A stretch of DNA of 64,000 bases from Octopus vulgaris (lineage: Eukaryota). Below, one piece after another: positions 60,866 to 64,000 of the stretch. Both the position numbers and the translations under genes were made by a program. The DNA is taken from positions 77,686,001-77,750,000 of the forward strand of contig OX597828.1 in the NCBI GenBank assembly GCA_951406725.2, read 5' to 3'. Within the stretch, counting starts at the first letter, position 1. Each line of letters starts with the position of its first letter. Under the pieces are notes generated by a model. That model saw only the letters and a program-made list of their open reading frames with translations, was not told the DNA's origin and ran no database searches.

Positions 60866-61075
60866 AAGGTGGTGAGCTGGCAGAATCATTAGCACGCTGG
60901 ACGAAATACTTAGCAGTATTTCGCCTGTTGCTAAGTTCTGAGTTCAAATTCCACCTAAGTCGACTTTGCCTTTCATCAAGGTTGATAAATTAAGTACCAG
61001 TGAGATACTGGGGTCAAAGCAGTCGACTTAATCCCTCACTCCCACCAAGCTGGCCTTCTGGCAAAAATCTTAAGT
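60866..61075 (+). mobile_element. SINE family 2 (inside the candidate 3' UTR)
   Basis: aaggtggtgagctggcagaatcattagcacg..ttctgagttcaaattcc..gtcgactttgcctttcatc..aattaagtaccag. Confidence 0.85.
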
Positions 61076-61470
61076 CATTATTATTACTGTTGTTGTCCCA
61101 TTTGTTTCTATGTATTGTGAGGTTAATTATTAGCGTTGAAGTTTGATGTTTTATGACTAGGGGTCAGCGTCGTGTGTGTGTGGGGGGGGAGGAAGATGGA
61201 AGGAAAGCATCTTTGTTTTTCAGACAAAACAATAAAATACAAAATAAACAAGAAATTAATGATGGTGATGATGATGATGGACATGAGAAGAATTAATGAT
61301 GATGATGATGATGATGATGATGCTGATGATGATGATGATGATGATGACGATGATGATGATGATGATGATATGGAAGGCACATGGACAACACAAGTCTGTT
61401 TCCAAAAAAACAAAAAGAAAATACAACAATGGAGGAAAAGCAGACCCTTCCAATTTTAAATATGGTCTGT

Positions 61471-61532
61471 TTAGGGGCTGACTCGCTCGTGGTTTTGCAA
61501 GGTTTCCATTATGTTTTTAACTTCCATCCAAT
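61471..61532 (-). CDS. Candidate terminal coding exon of an unidentified host gene: (D)WMEVKNIMETLQNHERVSP*
   Basis: Strong acceptor tttttcttttaccaattttctcAG at 61533, a phase-1 open frame to TAA 61471-61473, then unique AT-rich UTR-like sequence. Confidence 0.5.
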
Positions 61533-62053
61533 CTGAGAAAATTGGTAAAAGAAAAATTGAGACAGATTCTTTTTTAGGGTTTTTTTTGTTTTTATACCTG
61601 TTCATCAGTGTTTATTAGCATCATCATCAATATTAGTAATAGTAATATCAATATTATCATTATTATTATTATTATGAATAATATTATTATTATTATTATT
61701 ATTGTCTCATCCTTCTTCTGTATTTTTGTTGGGGAAGACCCAGTCCCATAACCGCATCAAATCTAGGTCAGGGATTCACTCAATCTTCCCACAACATATA
61801 AATAGTTTTATTAGCATCAATGTTTGCTCTTTTCTTCTTTTTTTAATGTTTTCTTTTTTTCATTTTTATTTTTTTTTTTCTTCAGTTGGTGTTGATTTTC
61901 TTTTTTTATTTTATTTTTCCCTTATGTGTCCCCACTTCAGGAAACTCTCTTCCAAATGGACTGCAAAAGGAGGGACCAGACAACATGACAAAACAGTAAT
62001 TAAATAAACATAGAAACATTTAAAATACATTCTGATTGCATGTGTGTGGCTGC

Positions 62054-62356
62054 ATGGTGCCACGGCTCTTCTGTCGTGAACGGCAAAAGATGGTGCCACG
62101 GCTCTTCTGTCATGAATGGCAAAAGATGGTGCCACGGCTCTTCTGTCGTGAACGGCAAAAGATGGTGCCACAGCTCTTCTGTCGTGAACGGCAAAAGATG
62201 GTGCCACGGCTCTTCTGTCGTGAACGGCAAAAGATGGTGCCACGGCTCTTCTGTCGTGAACGGCAAAAGATGGTGCCACGGCTCTTCTGTCGTGAACGGC
62301 AAAAGATGGTGCCACGGCTCTTCTGTCGTGAACGGCAAAAGATGGTGCCACGGCTT
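62054..62356. repeat. 36-bp minisatellite, 8.4 near-perfect copies
   Basis: Unit atggtgccacggctcttctgtcgtgaacggcaaaag, head-to-tail with no spacers. Confidence 0.97.
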
Positions 62357-62419
62357 CTTATTAAATGACCTGCACACACGATTGTTCATTTGAGGTGATC
62401 AAATGTTTGTCCTGCACCT

Positions 62420-62600
62420 GAGCGCACTCCATCCTGTGTCAAGCCGGCACGGGTGCATGGCATGCAACATGTCAGACGTCATCGCAGATAAAACATGTGA
62501 TGAGGTGCTTTGCCCAAGAACACAGCGCATCACCCAGTCGGAGATTCGAAACTACAGTCACGCAAACGTGAGTGCAACATCGTAACCACTAGGCCATGTG
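62420..62600 (-). mobile_element. tRNA-derived SINE, reverse (family 3-like head)
   Basis: Reverse complement ggcacatggcctagtggttacgatgttgcactcacg..gtttcgaatctcc..ctgtgttcttgggcaaagcac. Confidence 0.7.
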
Positions 62601-62609
62601 CCTTCACTC

Positions 62610-62669
<60 letters not shown>

Positions 62670-62789
62670 CACACACACACATATATATATATACATATGC
62701 ATACATACATACATACATATATATATATATATGTATGTATAAAATTACTTAAACACACTCACCACACGTTTGTGTTTGTGGTGTATAGC

Positions 62790-62825
<36 letters not shown>

Positions 62826-63006
62826 CATACATAGCTATATATATATATACATACATATATATTCATGCATATATATATATATACACACATACATATATAC
62901 ACACATACATACATATACATACATACATACATACATATATATACATATATATATATATGTATAAAATTACTTAAACTACTCACCACACGTTTGTGTGTGT
63001 ACGTGC

Positions 63007-63039
<33 letters not shown>

Positions 63040-63870
63040 TGTATGAAACAAAAACTAGTCATCATGTGATGCTATGAAAAGGTTTTGTGTATAGAAATGC
63101 CTTTGAAATTAATAAAACAATAAAAACAAGGGTGCCCAAGGGGGCAGGGACCCTTAAATGTTCTCTGTAAATGTTGATGTCACGGCAGAGATGAAAGTGG
63201 TGACTTTTTTTTTTCTTAAAGATTAATTAAGCACAAATAAAACAAAAAGATGTAATGGGGGGGGGGGGGAGGAGACATTAGAGCGTGTCTAGTATCAGGT
63301 TTGATTTGGGTGCACTTGCACACAAATATGCATATACACACATTCGTACAAATAGATATATATACACACACAAATATACAAGCATGCGCACACACACAAA
63401 CATGTGCTCAAATTTACACACACACACACACACATAATTTCTGTGATAATATTACTTGTTTTAGAATGGGGGGTGGAGGGGGATGGAGATTTGATTTTTG
63501 TTGTTTTTTGTAGATTTTCATTTTTTTTTTTGCAGTGTTTGTTTTTCTTTTTTATTTGTTGCAGTTGTGGGTTTTATTTTGTTTCTTTTGCATAACAACC
63601 TGGAATTGAAACCGCATCAGCATACTTTTAAGCCCATGGCCAGCATGAGGGAGGAGGAGGGGAAGGAGGAAGAGGAGGACAAAAGAGAAAGAAACCTTTT
63701 ACATAATAAAAGAAGGGAAGGAGGGAGGGAAGGAAGGAAGGAAAGAAGTAAAGAGATGGAAAAAAATACCTTGAAAAACTGCGACAATTTTTTTTTTTCC
63801 TGTGTGTGTGTTTTTGTGTGTTTCAGTTTATTTTGTGATAAAATGGTAAATGGCAGAATCCCTAACTGAC

Positions 63871-63893
63871 CGATGTCGTTAGCTATTAGTGGT
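63871..63893 (-). CDS. Candidate 23-nt micro-exon (x-PLIANDI-D) spliced in frame to 61532
   Basis: Acceptor tctcttttaatccacAG (63894-95), donor G|GTCAGT at 63870; the phase-1 end matches the phase-1 start of 61532 (G+AT = Asp). Confidence 0.4.
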
Positions 63894-63998
63894 CTGTGGA
63901 TTAAAAGAGACAGCTGCTGCAGTTTGGCCAGCGGTCGGCGCCTGCTGAGCCAAACTCAGCAAGATGGCTGCGCCCTCAAAAGAGGAGTCTTCTTTCTC
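63879..63998 (-). CDS. Candidate C-terminal coding segment EKEDSSFEGAAILLSLAQQAPTAGQTAAAVSFNPQTTNS* (runs off the window)
   Basis: Only GC-richer unique stretch at this end; open frame from the window edge to TAA 63879-81; contains an amphipathic AAxLLxLA helix motif. Confidence 0.45.
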   Translation of the reverse strand, partial: EKEDSSFEGAAILLSLAQQAPTAGQTAAAVSFNPQTTNS

Positions 63999-64000
63999 CC

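Noticed and set aside
62054-62356. 36-bp palindromic repeat resembling a CRISPR repeat
   Set aside because: Units are head-to-tail with no unique spacers, there are no cas genes, and the context is eukaryotic.
63961-64000. Plus-strand start aagATGGCTGCGCCC (MAAPSKEE.., YY1-like motif)
   Set aside because: Only 12 codons are visible. The minus-strand reading fits the splice signals and UTR better, but the plus-strand start cannot be fully excluded without the next window.

Overview
Eukaryotic, highly repetitive, mostly non-genic DNA. The SINE families and microsatellite load resemble a coleoid cephalopod (Octopus-like); this is pattern recall, not a database result. Most ORFs in the supplied track are artefacts of simple repeats. 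The real content is as follows. (1) Decayed non-LTR retrotransposons that each sit in a specific microsatellite: a full-length L1/Tx1-clade element (5755-11821, -) flanked by (GATA)n, several R4/Dong-clade restriction-like-endonuclease (RLE) elements in (TAA)n, and an RLE element in (CATA)n. (2) Penelope-like element (PLE) fragments and at least seven type I hammerhead-ribozyme motifs, two of them in the tail of a tRNA-headed SINE-like element that is itself the landing pad for a nest of Dong insertions. (3) Non-autonomous DNA elements: a Merlin-like MITE with an 8-bp TSD, hAT MITEs and a Helentron-type HINE. (4) Three abundant tRNA-derived SINE families. (5) At the right end, what appears to be the 3' end of an unidentified host gene on the minus strand, with a candidate 23-nt micro-exon, a terminal exon and a polyA signal. 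No CRISPR, rRNA or intact tRNA gene was seen.
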